A DNA stretch of 64,000 nt from Carcharhinus amblyrhynchos (taxonomy: Eukaryota). The notes under the pieces were generated by a model. That model had not been told where the DNA came from. It did no database searches and saw only the letters and a program-made list of their open reading frames with translations. Each line of letters begins with the position of its first letter. The first letter of the stretch is position 1. The translations under genes and the position numbers were made by a program. Below, piece by piece: positions 25,275-37,937 of this stretch. Location: contig OZ336888.1 in the NCBI GenBank assembly GCA_965287045.1, forward strand, positions 38,006,001 to 38,070,000, given 5' to 3'.

Positions 25275-25575
25275 AGGGTGGCACAGTGGTTAACACTGCT
25301 GCCTTACAGCGCTAGGGACCCGCGTTCAGTTCCTTGTTGGGATCACTATCTACGTGGAGTTTGGACATTCTCCTTGTGTCTGTGTGGGTTTCCTCCGGGT
25401 GCTCCAGTTTCCTCCTGCAATCTGAAAGACGTGGTGGTTAGATGCATTGGCCGCGCTAAATTCTCCCTCAGTGTACCTGAACCGGAGTATGGCGACTAGG
25501 GGATTTTCACAGTAACTTCATTGCAGTGTAAACGTAATCCTTCTTGTGACGAATAAATAAATATAACTTTAAATG
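25275..25575 (+). mobile_element. V-SINE with tail type 2
   Basis: HE1-like head; tail ggattttcacagtaacttcattgcagtg..ttgtgac..aataaa. Confidence 0.85.
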
Positions 25576-25651
25576 TAACTTTATATATACATAACACACA
25601 CAAACCCACATTCACACTCTCAAATACACTCTCTCACAGACACATTCACAT

Positions 25652-25832
25652 NNNNNNNNNNNNNNNNNNNNNNNNNNNNNNNNNNNNNNNNNNNNNNNNN
25701 NNNNNNNNNNNNNNNNNNNNNNNNNNNNNNNNNNNNNNNNNNNNNNNNNNNNNNNNNNNNNNNNNNNNNNNNNNNNNNNNNNNNNNNNNNNNNNNNNNNN
25801 NNNNNNNNNNNNNNNNNNNNNNNNNNNNNNNN
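25652..25832. other. Assembly gap within CA repeat
   Basis: Run of N. Confidence 1.
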
Positions 25833-26106
25833 CACTCACACACAATCATTCACCAAAAAAAAATTGGATAGAAGAATTCTACCAAAAGGTTAAAAGTCAA
25901 TGGTTTGAGGGAGAGTGATAGGTGATGGAGTCCTTGATATGTCCGACTTATACGTTTGGTCTCAGCACTGCTCTGTTAAATAATCAATATCTTTTTCACT
26001 ACTTTTCAGGATGACTTTGTGGAAATGTTGAGGTAAGTTCATTACAGAATATAGAGTGACTTCAGAATGACTTCCATTCACTTTTTTGCTTTCAACTGGT
26101 TCTGGG

Positions 26107-28037
26107 TCATAAGAACATAAGAACTAGGAGTAGGAATAGGCCATATGACCCCTTGAACCTGCTCCTCCATTCAATAAGATCATGACTGATCTTTTCATGG
26201 ACACAGTTCCACTTACCCGTCCGCTCACCATAACCCTTAATTCCTTTGCTGTTCAAAAATGTATCTATCTTTGCCTTAAAAACATTCAGTGAGGAAGCGT
26301 TAACTGCTTCATTGGAATTCCACAGATTCACAACCCTTTGTGTGTTGTCTATTGTCTATTCCCTTCATAATTTTCTATGTTTCTATAATATCCCCACTCA
26401 TTCTTCTAAATTCCCATGAATTTAGTCCCAGTCTACTTAGACTCTCCACATAAGTCAACGTCTCAACTCTGGAATCAACCTAGTGAATCTCCTCTGCACT
26501 CCCTGTAGTGCCAGTATATTCTTTCTCAAGTAAGGAGACCAAAACGATACCCAGAACTCCAGGTGTGGCCTCACCAATGTCTTATTCCTCACTGTTTTTA
26601 AACTCCAGCCCTCTAGCAATGAAGGACAGAATTCCATTTGCCTTCTTAATTATCTGCTGCACTTGCAAATCTACTTTTCATGATTTATGCACAAGGACAC
26701 CCATAGCAGCATGCTGCAATTTTTTACCATTTAAATAGTAATCCATTTTGCTATTGCTCTGGCTAAAATGAATGACCTTACATTTACCTACATTGTACTC
26801 CATCTGCCAGACTCTTGCCTACTCACTTAAACTATCTATATCTCTTTGAAGATGTTCAGTATCCGCTGCACACTTTGGCCTACCACTCATCTTAGTGCCA
26901 TCTGTGAACTTTGACACAGTACACTTGGTCCTCAACTCCAAATCATCTATGTAAATTGTAAACAATTGCGGTCCCAATTGTTCCCTGAGGCACACCACTA
27001 GCCACTGGTTGCCAACCAGAAAAACACCCATTTATCTCCACTCTTTGCTTTCTCTTAGTTAACCAATCCTTTAACCATGATAACGCCATGCACCTTTATC
27101 TTGTGCAGCAACCTTTTCTGTGGCACCTTGTAGAATGCCTTCTGGAAATCTAGAAACACCACACCCACTAGTTCCCTGTTGTTCACTGTGCTTGTAATGT
27201 CCTCAAAGATTTCCAGTAGATTAGTTAAACATGACGTGGCTTTCATAAACCCATGCTGTGTCTTCCCAATGGGACAATTTCTACCCAGATGTCTTGCTAT
27301 TTCTTCATAGATGATAGATTCAAGCATTTTCCCTACTACTGAAGTTAAGATGACCAGATTATAGTTACCCTCCTTTTGTCTACCTTCTTTTTTAAACAGT
27401 GGGTCACATTTGCTGTTTTCCAATCTGCTGGAACTGACCCCAGAGTCTGGCGAATTTTGGTAAAATACCAGCAGTGTGTTAGCTATTTCCCATACCATCT
27501 CTTTTACTACCCTGGGATGCATTCCATCATGGCCAGGAGTCTTGTCTTCCTTTCGCCCATTAATTTGCCCAACACTATCTCTTTGATGATAATAGTCATT
27601 TCTAGGTCCTCACCTGCCATAGCCTTCTTGTCATCAATTTTTGGCACATTATTTGTGTCTTTAACTGTGAAGATTGACACAAAATGCCTGTTCAATGCCT
27701 CAGCCATTTCCTCATTTCCCATTATTAAATCCCCCTTCTCCTCCTCTAATGGATCAATGTTTACCTTAGCCATTCTTTCTCTTTTTATATATTTGTAGAA
27801 ACTTTTGCTATCTGTTTTTATATTCCGAGCTGGTTTACTCTCATAATCTATCTTACTTTTCTTTATAGCTTTTCTTGTGGCTTTCTGTTGACCTTTAAAG
27901 ATTTCCCAATCCTCTAGTTTCCCACTAATCTTTGCCACTTCGTATGCATTTTCTTTCAATTTGATACCTTCCTTTATTTCCTTAAATATCCATGGCTAAT
28001 TATCCCCTTTTCTACAGTCCTTCCTTATCACTGGTAT
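26107..28037 (-). mobile_element. CR1 LINE, ~1.9 kb 3' portion with RT remnants
   Basis: LTSVVGKMLESII, QHGFMKATSCLTNLLEIFE, VVFLDFQKAFYKVP, LGPQLFTIYIDDL; (ttcttatg)n tail at 26107. Confidence 0.95.
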
Positions 28038-28299
28038 CTTCAGGAGCTGTTGTACTCTTTACCCAAGCAGTTGCTCCTTCTTTTTTCCTCCCTAGAAATA
28101 AACCAGCCTATCAACTTTATAACACATTTTTCGAGGCATGGTTTTATTTTCAAAACCATTAACCATCATGTGACCCTTTTGGAAGCATTAAGGATCAAGA
28201 GTTTTAAAACTCTTTAAAACTGCTTGATTACCTTTTCATGAAAATGCTGTCTTTTACAGAAACAGCAGCAATCAGAGTCCTTGCAGTAACTGTTGAAGG

Positions 28300-28921
28300 G
28301 TTAATTTCCAGCTTGGATCATTGTCTGTGTGGAGTTTGCACATTCTCCCTATGTCTGCGTGAGTTTCCTCCGGGCACTCGGGTTTCCTTCCACAGTCCAA
28401 AGATGTGCATGTTAACATAGAACATTACAGCGCAGTACAGGCCCTTCGGCCCTCGATGTTGCGTCGACTAGTGGAACCAATCTAATGACCCTCTAACCTA
28501 AACTATTCCAATGTTAAACATATGCCTATCCACTGACCATTTGAACGCCCTTAAAGTTGGCGAGTCCAACTGCTGCAAGCAGGGCATTCCACGCCCTTAC
28601 CACCCTCTGAGTAAAGAACCTACCTCTAACATCCATCCCATAATTACCAACCCTTAATTTAAAGCTATGTCCCACAATAGTTTTTATTGTGAAACTATTT
28701 CCCCACAAACAAGACTCCCACAGTCTAAAGATGTGTGGGCTAGGTTGATTGATTGTGCTAAATTGCCCCTTAATGTCCAAAGATATGTAGCTTAGGGGGA
28801 TTAGTGGGGTAAATACGTGGGGTTACGAGGATAGGGGCTGGATGGGTTGCTCAGTCGGAGAGGCGGTGTAGACTTGATGGGCCAAATCGCCTCCTTCTGT
28901 ACTGTAGGGACTCTATGATTC
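28300..28921 (+). mobile_element. HE1-type SINE interrupted by a minus-strand CR1 3' end (~28416-28675)
   Basis: cccacagtccaaagatgtg is repeated either side of the insert; insert reads RFFTQRVVRAWN on the minus strand. Confidence 0.8.
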
Positions 28922-29019
28922 TCTCGTCCAGGCTATCAGCCCTGATATAACTCTCATCTCTACTCACTTAAGTCTGAAGGAAACAGACTTGAATGGATAT
29001 GGTGGACATCTGGTATAAC

Positions 29020-29610
29020 CTTTCACCATCCATCTACTGCTGAAACCCTCATTCATTCCACTGTTACCTCCAGAGTTGATTATTCTAAAGTCCTCCAGGC
29101 TGGCCTCCCACATTCCACATTCCACGAACTTCTGACCAGCTAAAGCTCTGCTGTCCCTGTTCTAAATCATACCAAAACTTGTTTTCCCATTGAGCTCACT
29201 GACCTACATTTTGGCTCTTGTTCAAACAATACCTTGATTTTAAAATTCTCAGCCATGGTTTCAAATTCCTCCATGGCCTCAGCCCTCCCTATTTCTGTCA
29301 TATCCTCCAGCCCTAGAAACCTTTGAGGTATCCGTGCTCATCCAAGTCCAGTTTCTTGAGTGCTGTTGTGTTGTCAGCTGCCAAGGCCCCAAATCCTAGA
29401 ATTCCCTCTCTAAACCTCTCTGCCTCTCTATCTCACTCGCCTCCCCCGCAGTGCATTCCATAAATCCATGATCAGACCAAACCTTCCGTCAACACCTTAA
29501 TGTATCTCCTTATGTGGCTAACCTTCTTATTTTGTTTTAAAATGGTTCTGTGAGGTGCAATGAAACGTTTAATTACATTAAAGGGGATATAGAAATGCAA
29601 GTTGTTGTTG
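29020..29610 (+). mobile_element. L2 LINE 3' fragment
   Basis: gttacctccagagttgattattctaa (VTSRLDYSN-like); ends aaatgcaagttgttgttg. Confidence 0.8.
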
Positions 29611-30165
29611 CATCCCGAAAGTTAGCAGGGCACATCCAGCGACTGGCATTTTAAGAGTTAAAACCAGTTACCTTATTCTTGTCACTCGTGCTCCCAAGAC
29701 TCCAGCACAATCGACTGGGAACAGTGACCTGCACCTTGATGTATTCTGTTCTCACTTATTCCTCCTGCCATCCCACCCCCCTCGTCTTGCTCCTCTCCCC
29801 CCCACCCCACCACCCCACCCCCCCAGTGTAATTAATGACTTTGTTTAATCTCAATGTGGTCAGCACTGAAGAAGATAAAATTAACTTGCAAATAAACACA
29901 TTTCAGGTTCAGATGTAGTATCAATTAATCAATTCCTCTTTTAGTTATAGGGGAATTACTTTTCTTCCCAATTAAGGATCTTTCTCACAAAGCACATGTT
30001 CCTGAGCTGTGCCTTTCCAATTTTTTGGGGGGTGAAATGGACATTTCTTTCATTTATTTCACTAAAAGAGGGAAAGACATAGTGGGATGGCTAGAGGGTT
30101 GACAGGAGAGAACATGCTGGAAATTCTCTGCAGGCCAGGAAACATCTGTGGAGAGAGAAACAGAG

Positions 30166-30506
30166 GGCATGGTGGCACAGTGCTTAGCACTGCTGCCTCA
30201 CAGCTCCAGGCACCTGGGTTCAATTCCCGGCTTGGGTCACTGTCTGTGTGGAATTTGCACACTCTCCCCGTGTCTGCATGGGTTTCCTCCGGGTGGTCCG
30301 GCTTCCTCCCATGCTTCATAGATGTGTGGGTTAGGCAGATTGGCTCTGCTAAATTGCCCCTTAATGACCTGGGATGTGTAGGTTAGGGAGATTAGTGGGG
30401 TAAATATGTGGGATTATAGGGATAGGGCCTAGGTGGGATTGTTGTCAGTGCAGACTTGATGGGCCGAATGGCCTCCTTGTGCACTGTAGGGATTCTGTGA
30501 TTCTAT
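30166..30506 (+). mobile_element. HE1-type SINE inserted in a minus-strand Penelope pLTR fragment (~30105-30530)
   Basis: Full head, V-domain and CR1 tail; left flank atgctggaaattctctgcagg..catctgtggagagagaaacagag is the reversed pLTR family. Confidence 0.9.
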
Positions 30507-30879
30507 GCCCCAAAGTCAATGACCTCTCAAAAGATAACCAAAGGAAGGGTAAATTAATTTCATAATGAGAGGTGGATCATTGTGTGTGCAGAGGGCTGGA
30601 TCACAATGCTATATTTTCAATTTGGGGAAGAGTGAAGGAGGTGCTTGAAATAAAACAACAAATTGAATCCAGAACTAAATTTGCACCTAGCTCTCACTTA
30701 GATCGCAAATAATATAATTGAGGTCAGTTAGCAGGATGGCTCAGTCAGCAAACTATTCGAAACATTATTTAATTTGAGAATGTAGGATTTAGAAATCTGA
30801 GAGAGATTCTGATCCTACCCAAAGGGGAATAAAACCTTCAGAATATCGGAGGAAAGAGACATTCTTTAATACTCTCCCT

Positions 30880-31195
30880 CTTTCAGCCTTTTATCTACCA
30901 CTCCTGCACTCTCTTTACCTCTTCCTCTCTTGCTCTTTCTGTCTCCCTTCCACCCAGTCTCTTGCCTTCTCACTGTCTCTCACTCCTACTCTTTCTATCA
31001 CTTGTTCTCACTTTCTCACTCCCTCTCTCTTTTCCTCTTCCAGCCTTTCTCGCTCCTCCTCTGCCTCACCCTCTTTCTCACTCTCTCAGTATCCATGGCT
31101 CCTTCTCTCATTCTTTCCAGCCCTCCACCTTCAACTCTCAGCTCAGTCTCTCATTCCCTCTCTCCTGCTGTCTCTCTCTATCTCCCCCTCTCTGT
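30880..31195. repeat. CT-rich low-complexity tract
   Basis: Directly visible. Confidence 0.85.
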
Positions 31196-31914
31196 ACCAG
31201 ATTACTGAGAGTTGAAATGCAATCTTGATGGACCGTTGTCAGGTTGGGAAATGCATCACATCAATAGTCATCTAATTCCATTCCATCAATATTTTATCAT
31301 CATTTGATGCCTGCTTCTGGTTGCAGCTCCCTGACCTCAGCAGTGTGGCAGTGAGCTAATTGGCCCTCTCTTTATTTCTCTCAGCAGCCCGCTATCAAGT
31401 TTCAATCTGTTCCAGGTATTCTCTTAGCTTCGACAACCTGCTTTGTCCTGTATACAGGCCACCATGTCCCTTATGATCAGGAGTTTGCCATTACCGCCCA
31501 ATGTGTAGTCATACGATAGCAAAATCCAGGAGCCTATATAAATGAGCTCCCCTTGGTTTGTGACTCAGATACTATCGACTGAAATAAGCTCCTGATTTTT
31601 TTAGAAGGTGATAAACATGAGTGACACAAGAACTACTATAAACCAACAAAACAATTTAATGTATATATAATTTGTCAATAAACACAGCAATGTATAATGT
31701 TAGTGTTATCAGTTCTTCTCATTTACACATCAGGACCAATTCTATTATATCTGTGATAGTGCGCAGCCATGCATTCTGATAAGCATTTTAGAAGCCTTGT
31801 CTGTCAAGCTGGAAGATCCCACTTATAAACTAGTTTTAGCCTGGGCGAGACCAGGTTATACACTCAGTCAAATATATTTTAGATTGTGAGGGGCCACGTT
31901 GTGTCCTCAGTCAT

Positions 31915-32362
31915 TAATATTCCAGACTTCAGTTATGAGGATAGATTGGAGAGATTGGGACTGTCCTCCTTGGAGGGGCGGAGGCCAAGAGGAGATTTGA
32001 GAAAGACTTTCAAAATCATGAGGGGGTTGGACAGAGTAGACAGGGAAAAAAATGTTCCCATTCATAAAAGGATCAGGAACGAGAGGACACAGATTTAAAA
32101 GTGATTTGCAAAAGAAGCAAATGAGAAAAAACTTTTTCACATAAGAATTTGGGGTGCTCTGCCTGGAAGTGTGGTGGAGGCAGGTTCAATCGAGGCATTC
32201 AAGAGGAAATTCAATGATGATTTGTTTAGAAATAATGTGCAGGGGTACGGGGAAAAGGCAGGGGAATGGCACTAAGCCATGATGTTCATTTGGAAAGTTG
32301 GTGCCGACACGATGGGCTAAATGGCTTCCTTCTGTGCCATCACAATTCTGTGATCCTGTGAT
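31915..32362 (+). mobile_element. CR1 LINE 3' fragment
   Basis: FSYEDRLERLGLSSLEGRRPRGDL..FKIMRGLDRVD; tail attctgtgatcctgtgat. Confidence 0.9.
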
Positions 32363-32947
32363 AGACTGCAGGTTACGTCTTCGGACTGAAATAGTTTACT
32401 GGGAGGGACCAGGTTATTGAGGTCTAAAGGGTTAACAGATGCTACTATATGAGGTAGATGATGATGTACTATTTACACCAGTCTGTCCTGTGTTACACTC
32501 TGTTGCTGCGAGGGGGATTCGAATCATTCCTAGGAGCAGTGCGCACACTCTATAAGTTGTTTAGGTGTTGCACTATTAAACAGAGAGCAGGGTGTGTCTG
32601 CAGTCTGTCTAACATCCAAGTTCCATGTCTAAAGGCTGAGACAGAAAGACCCAATCATACAACGTGGTGTCATCAACGGGATTGTTGACGTAAAAGACAC
32701 ATTGGTGTTATTGTAAGAACCAGTGAGTGAAGAGACCTTTGAAAACAACTGGAGGAATTTCAGTTGAGGACTGAGGCAAACTGGAGAAAGGTAATGCTGA
32801 CTGTACCTGGTCACCAGACCTGCCCTTTTCCAGTTGTCAGTTTGAGGACCCCACAAGAGGCCAGCACTGGGAGTTATGGAAATGCTGTTTTCTCCAGTAC
32901 CGAGTAACATCAGGTCATCACCAAAAAAGAGCCAAAGCTTCAAGTTT

Positions 32948-33231
32948 GGGTGGCATGGCGGCACGGTGGTTAACACTGCAGCCTCACAGTGCCAGGGACC
33001 CAGATTCAATTCCTGGCGTGAGTGACTGTGCAGAGTTTGCACGTTCTTCCCGTGTCTCTGGGTGCTCTGGTTTCCTCCCACAGCCTGAAAGATATGCTGG
33101 TTAGGTGCATTGGCCATGTTAAATTCTTCGTCAATGTATCCAGTCACCGGAGCGTGGTGAAAAGGGGATTTTCACAATAACTTCATTGCAGTGTTAATGT
33201 AAGGCTACTTGTGACTAATAAATGAATGAAC
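32948..33231 (+). mobile_element. V-SINE tail type 2, nested in gag
   Basis: Head plus ggattttcacaataacttcattgcagtg tail. Confidence 0.85.
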
Positions 33232-33954
33232 TTTCTTTATGCAGTAGGTTCAGTAACAGATGTTTTCCAGGAGTCCACCATGCACTTTGATTCCATTATT
33301 ACAGCCTTTGACACTTACTTTAGCCTGGTGTAAAATTGAGTATTTGAACAAGCACACTTTAATGAGCACTCACAATGACTGGAGGAATTGATTTCTAACT
33401 GATCTTGAATGCTTAGCTAGTCTTGTGGATATGGGGTGCTGAAGGACAAACTAATCCATGATTGCATTTCATGACGTTTGGAATGAAAAGCACTCCAATG
33501 TTCTGTAGACCAAAGTTGATCCTACATGGGATCGAGTAGTTCAGTACGCAAGGCAGGCCAAGTTTAGAGCAAGGCTTCACATGAGCCGTTGATTGTGTAG
33601 GCCGTGGCTTCACCATCTTCTGTACCCACATAAAAGCCCACAAACCCACTGAAAAGGCAACACCCTATGTCCACGGCCATTTTGAGCTACTTGCAAAATC
33701 CCAGCATTGATGCCAAGATTGCCCAACAGGGGGCGGGAATGCTTCCAGTGCCAAGAAAACTGGATGTTTTAAGCATTCCCATAAATCCAGTAACTGGGTG
33801 TCAGGCCTTCTCCAAGTCCCCTGGTTCTGTGAGGTATCCAGTTGATGTGTGTAATCGGAGAAGCAGACCAGCTAATATTTACAAAACACATTCCTTCGAA
33901 GAAATGGTAAATCCAGAAAATGACGATCGTACAAAATTCATGGGGGAGGTATTA

Positions 33955-34322
33955 TAGAATCCCTACAGTACAGAAAGAGGCCATTTGATCCATTGAGTCA
34001 GGGGACTAACATGCACCTTGCTGAGGATCTGATGTTACCCACCTAGGGACAGCACTGCCAACCTGACTCCGACATCACAATCCCACCCAGGTCATATTCC
34101 CGTAACCCCACCTATTTAGCCTGCTAATCCCCCTGGCACTAGGGTCAATTTAGCCTGGTCAATCCACACATCTTTGGAGTGTGGGAGGAAACCAGAGTAC
34201 ATGGAGGAAACCCACACAGAATGTGGGAGAATGTGCAAACTCCAAACAGACAGTGACCCAAGGCTAGAATTGAACCTGGGGCCCTGGCGCTGTGACGCAG
34301 CAATGCTAGCCACTGTGCCACC
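33955..34322 (-). mobile_element. HE1-type SINE nested between gag and protease
   Basis: tagaatccctacagtacagaaagaggccatt reversed tail; reversed head ends cactgtgccacc. Confidence 0.9.
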
Positions 34323-36026
34323 TGTAGATAGCCTTAATCCAGATGACTAGCTGTTATAGCCCAAGATTAAGTCTTTGATACTACTTTTAAAATTGATACT
34401 GGGGCAGCTGTTAATATATCAGCAGCTGATCTTGCCTGGCTTCAGCTGAGGTTCAGATGGCATTGCCATTCCAATTGAAGGTGGAATTATTACAGTTCCC
34501 TCACCACAAGGGACAACTGATCATCGATTCTCTCTGCATTCTCCACCATCAACATATCGAGAGGCAATGTTGACATACTTCTGGGAATCTTAGGAAAAAA
34601 AACAAACAATGCTCAACATTTGAATGTCTTTCTTGCAACAATCATCAACCTTTTATTTCAAATCCAGTCTCCAGCAGCTGAGCAAGTTTATACACTCAGC
34701 AGCAAGTTTCTTTCTTCCACAGAGACACCATCCACTAGGCCCAAGGCAGACATGGAATTATAATTCGCTCAATTCTTCACAAAGTAAGACCAGAGGTACA
34801 GAAGGCACTATAGCAGAGGTGACCATTCCCATGGAGATCTGCTGGACCCGAGTTGGCACATCCCAGAGAGTGATGAGGAAGAATCCATTGCAGCATTGAG
34901 TGATCACTTGCTCGCTCGTGCCCCTAGAGAATGATCCATCTTTCCCACTGACGGATGGACCTCAGGATGCCCCTGTTGTCTTCTTCAAAGAGTCAGCTGT
35001 GCTTTCAGTGGCTGAGCGACTTTCAGATATTCGTTCCACTGAGTTTACAGAGGGTTTGTCTACTTCACTTCCTGTTGTCCAGGCAGAGTCTTCCGGACAG
35101 GATGCTTTGTCTGAGTTTGGGTCAGAGTGCAGACAGGATCACCGTCTTCGATAGCTGGTACCTCTCCATTGTGAAAGTCAATCGGTCCCCATATTTCAGT
35201 CCCAAAGTCTTCTCTCCTTCAGAGCTGGAGGCCAGAGAAGCTGCAGCAGAATCTTTAATACTTCTCAAGCTGCAAAAATCTTGTCCCAGAGTTCACTGCC
35301 CACAGGAAATTTCTCTCATTACTGAAGGTGAAGCTGTCTTGGCTCCACAGCCTCAGCAATTCTTCCCATTTCCCAGAATAGAGGAACTTCATACAGAGAG
35401 AAATGTGGCTCTTTTATCACTGCCTATAGAAAAGAGACAGTTTCTGCTGAAGCATCATCGGGAAATCACCTTTTCTTCTTTTCCTTGCAGTCAAACAGGA
35501 AGTTGGCCATTTTTTTCTTTATTTTCTAAATTAATTGAAATCTCAGATCTCCAAGGCCTTTTCTGTCTTTACACTAACAATGGATATTAAAGCTGTGACG
35601 ATTGTTTCTGGAATTGAAAGTTATTCCTATTCTGAAGCTTCTTCCCAGAGCCCTTCAGGGAGTGACAATTCCTCAGAGTGTCCGGACCCCTTCTTTCTTA
35701 GTCCCAGAAAGTCTAAAGGTTGATTCTCTTCAGTTTTCTCTTTTGAATCAGTCTCTCATTCCAAAGTCTTTATTGTCCTTGTAGTTCAGTCATCCCGGAA
35801 CCGACACTCAAATTTCCAGTTATGCTGGCAGCGATGCTGATAAATTGCTGGGAAGGCAGAGGAAAGTCTTCATGTCTCTGAGACATCTTCCTTAAAGATT
35901 GAGGATACTGAGGGAGATTAAATCCTCCAGCATTGTGACTTGAGGAGGGGAAGAGTACGAATTGAAATAGGATAGAATCAGTTGTTCTAAAGGGAAGTTA
36001 CGGGAATGTAAACAGTAAAAGACATA

Positions 36027-36143
36027 GGGTGGAATTTTCCCATCCTGTCCATCACGGCAATCGCAGTGGGTGGGACTCGGACTATGAGGATCCGTTGACC
36101 TCAGGCAAGTCTTGGGGTGGGCACAGCCGGAAAATCCCACCCA
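36027..36143. mobile_element. Harbinger-like MITE
   Basis: TIRs gggtggaattttcc / ggaaaatcccaccc. Confidence 0.75.
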
Positions 36144-36279
36144 TGATTTCATTTTGTTGTTAAAAAGTAGGATACTTCTTGGGTGAAGTTGTGATATGAA
36201 GGGTTAACAGATGGGCTACGTTCATGTACAATGTGGATGGTGATGCACCATTGACACCAATCAGTCATGTGTTAGATTC

Positions 36280-36560
36280 GAGAGAGAGAGAGAGAGAGTG
36301 AGCGAGAGAGAGAGAGAGAGAGACGGAGACAGAGAGCGAGAGAGAGAGAGAAGAGAGAGAACGAGAGAGCGAGAGAGAGACAGGGAGAAAGAGAAAGGGA
36401 GAGAGCGAAAGAGAGTGAGGGAGAGAGAGCGAGAGAGAGAGAGAAGAGAGAGAACGAGAGAGCGAGAGAGAGACAGGGAGAAAGAGAAAGGGAGAGAGTG
36501 AAAGAGAGTGAGGGAGAGAGAGAGAGAGAGCAAGAGAAAGAGAGAGAGAGTGAGAGAGAG
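36280..36560. repeat. (GA)n microsatellite with ~93-bp higher-order duplication inside the 3' LTR
   Basis: Interruption pattern aacgagagagcgagagagagacagggagaaagagaaaggg occurs twice (36360 and 36453). Confidence 0.9.
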
Positions 36561-36587
36561 AGGTTGGAACCATGCTTAGAAACTATG

Positions 36588-36698
36588 GCCAGTATTTTAT
36601 GATCTCGTTTGGTGAGAGTCATAAAATCCCACCAGAGGCCAAACGGGATTTCAGTTCTGCCTCGATTCCAGGGTGGGCACAGTGGGTAAAATTCCAGC
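36588..36698. mobile_element. Harbinger-like MITE in the 3' LTR
   Basis: Same family as 1719-1842 (gtaaaattccagc end), flanked by tat/tat. Confidence 0.7.
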
Positions 36699-37640
36699 TA
36701 TGTGTCTATTCTGTAAACTGTTCCCTGTTTAAATGTAGCACTAATAGACAAGTGAACAAATGTTAAGCAGGTATCAGAGTATGTCTATAGTCTGTCTAAG
36801 AACCAAGTTCCACGCCCAGAGTCTAAGACAGAAGGACTCAATGTCACAACAGTTATACCCTCAGTCTATAATATTTTTGTGCATGTTTGGTTGATACAAC
36901 ACATCATGTGTGTTAGTGTTGTGGATGATGGATAGTGGTCAGTCAGCTTGTCACCCTTTGCTTTCAGCTCTCACCACTGCTAATGCTTTAATTATTGTGA
37001 AGAGAGTCAAGTGCAAAGGCTCTCCCGCCAGTACATAGCCTGTTCAACAACAAGCTCTGTGTAACGCCTCCCCATGGCCTCACACATAAACTGAGTACCT
37101 CACGGACCCAGGCTGAACTGCAGGGGACTTGGAGAAGGCCTGACATCCAGACACATGGCACATGACCCCCAGCTATATGCAATAGCCCTGCTGCCTTGTG
37201 GGTTTCCCAGGAGAGAAACCTAAGGGAGTAACTGCTGACAGAAAATCCGGAATGGAGTTCTGTAGGTGACAATGTGTAACTGATTAGGCAGCTTTCTGAT
37301 AACTCCTGCAACAGGGCTGGTACCAACTAATACTTGTTTCATCCTTTCCTTTGGACAATACTAGCAATATCAAGAGCGGGTTCCTGATGTTTGGGCAACT
37401 CAGGGTCTCGAGAGATGACTGTCTAAGCTCCAAGCCCCTACTGAAGCGAGCAGCCATGATGGGGCAGTGTCTAACTGACTAGGGCTTCCCCAGTTTGAAG
37501 CAGACTGCAACTCTCCAATGAGATGGTAAGTATCCCCTGGCACTCTTGCTCTCTGCCAATCGAGTGAGAGTTTATAACTGTTTCTTCCTGTGCTGTGCCA
37601 AAATAGAGCATGAAGCTGGGCAGTGTCCTCTCCAGGGTGC

Positions 37641-37937
37641 AGACCGTGGCAAATAATCTGGAGACCCCTGTTCAATTTCAGATTCGGGTCACTCTCTGTG
37701 TGGAGTTTGCACTTTTTCCCTGTGTCTGCATGGGTTTCCTCCAGATGCTCCGGTTTCCTCCCACAGTCCAAAGATATGTGGGTCAGGTTGATTGGCTATG
37801 CTAAATTGCCCATTAGTGTCATGAGGATTAGTAGGATAAATATGTGGGATACCGGACATAGCGTCTGGGTGGAATAGTTATCAGTACAGACTCGATGGGC
37901 TGAATGGCTTCCTTTTGCACTGTAGGGACTCTATGAT
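37641..37937 (+). mobile_element. HE1-type SINE nested in RTE
   Basis: V-domain and CR1 tail gcactgtagggactctatgatt. Confidence 0.85.

Larger units (their letters stand above)
24988..26100. mobile_element. Probable LTR fragment interrupted by a SINE, CA repeat and gap
   Basis: Begins TG (tgttctggctgaggtgggaggagtacactgtc); AT-rich with reversed polyA-signal-like tttatt; far end not identified. Confidence 0.35.
32418..36851 (+). mobile_element. Gypsy-type LTR retroelement, degenerate, gag and protease only
   Basis: 5' LTR 32418-32664 and 3' LTR 36190-36851 share aagggttaacagatg and gtctgtctaa..ccaagttcca..agacagaa..acaac. TG start, CA end, 5-bp TSD GTTAT (32413-32417 / 36852-36856), PBS tggtgtca.. 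at 32665, gag remnants (WELWKCCFLQYRVTSG; AFDTYF..VFEQAHFN; GYGVLKDKLIHDCI), protease FKIDTGAAVNI at 34386-34418. Confidence 0.9.

Noticed and set aside
32450-32475. let-7-like seed tgaggtag
   Set aside because: Only the seed matches, no hairpin, and it lies inside an LTR.
33690-33780. Integrase zinc-finger-like reading (IDAKIAQQ..CFQCQEN)
   Set aside because: Needs a frameshift and lies upstream of the protease, in the gag region; more likely degenerate gag.
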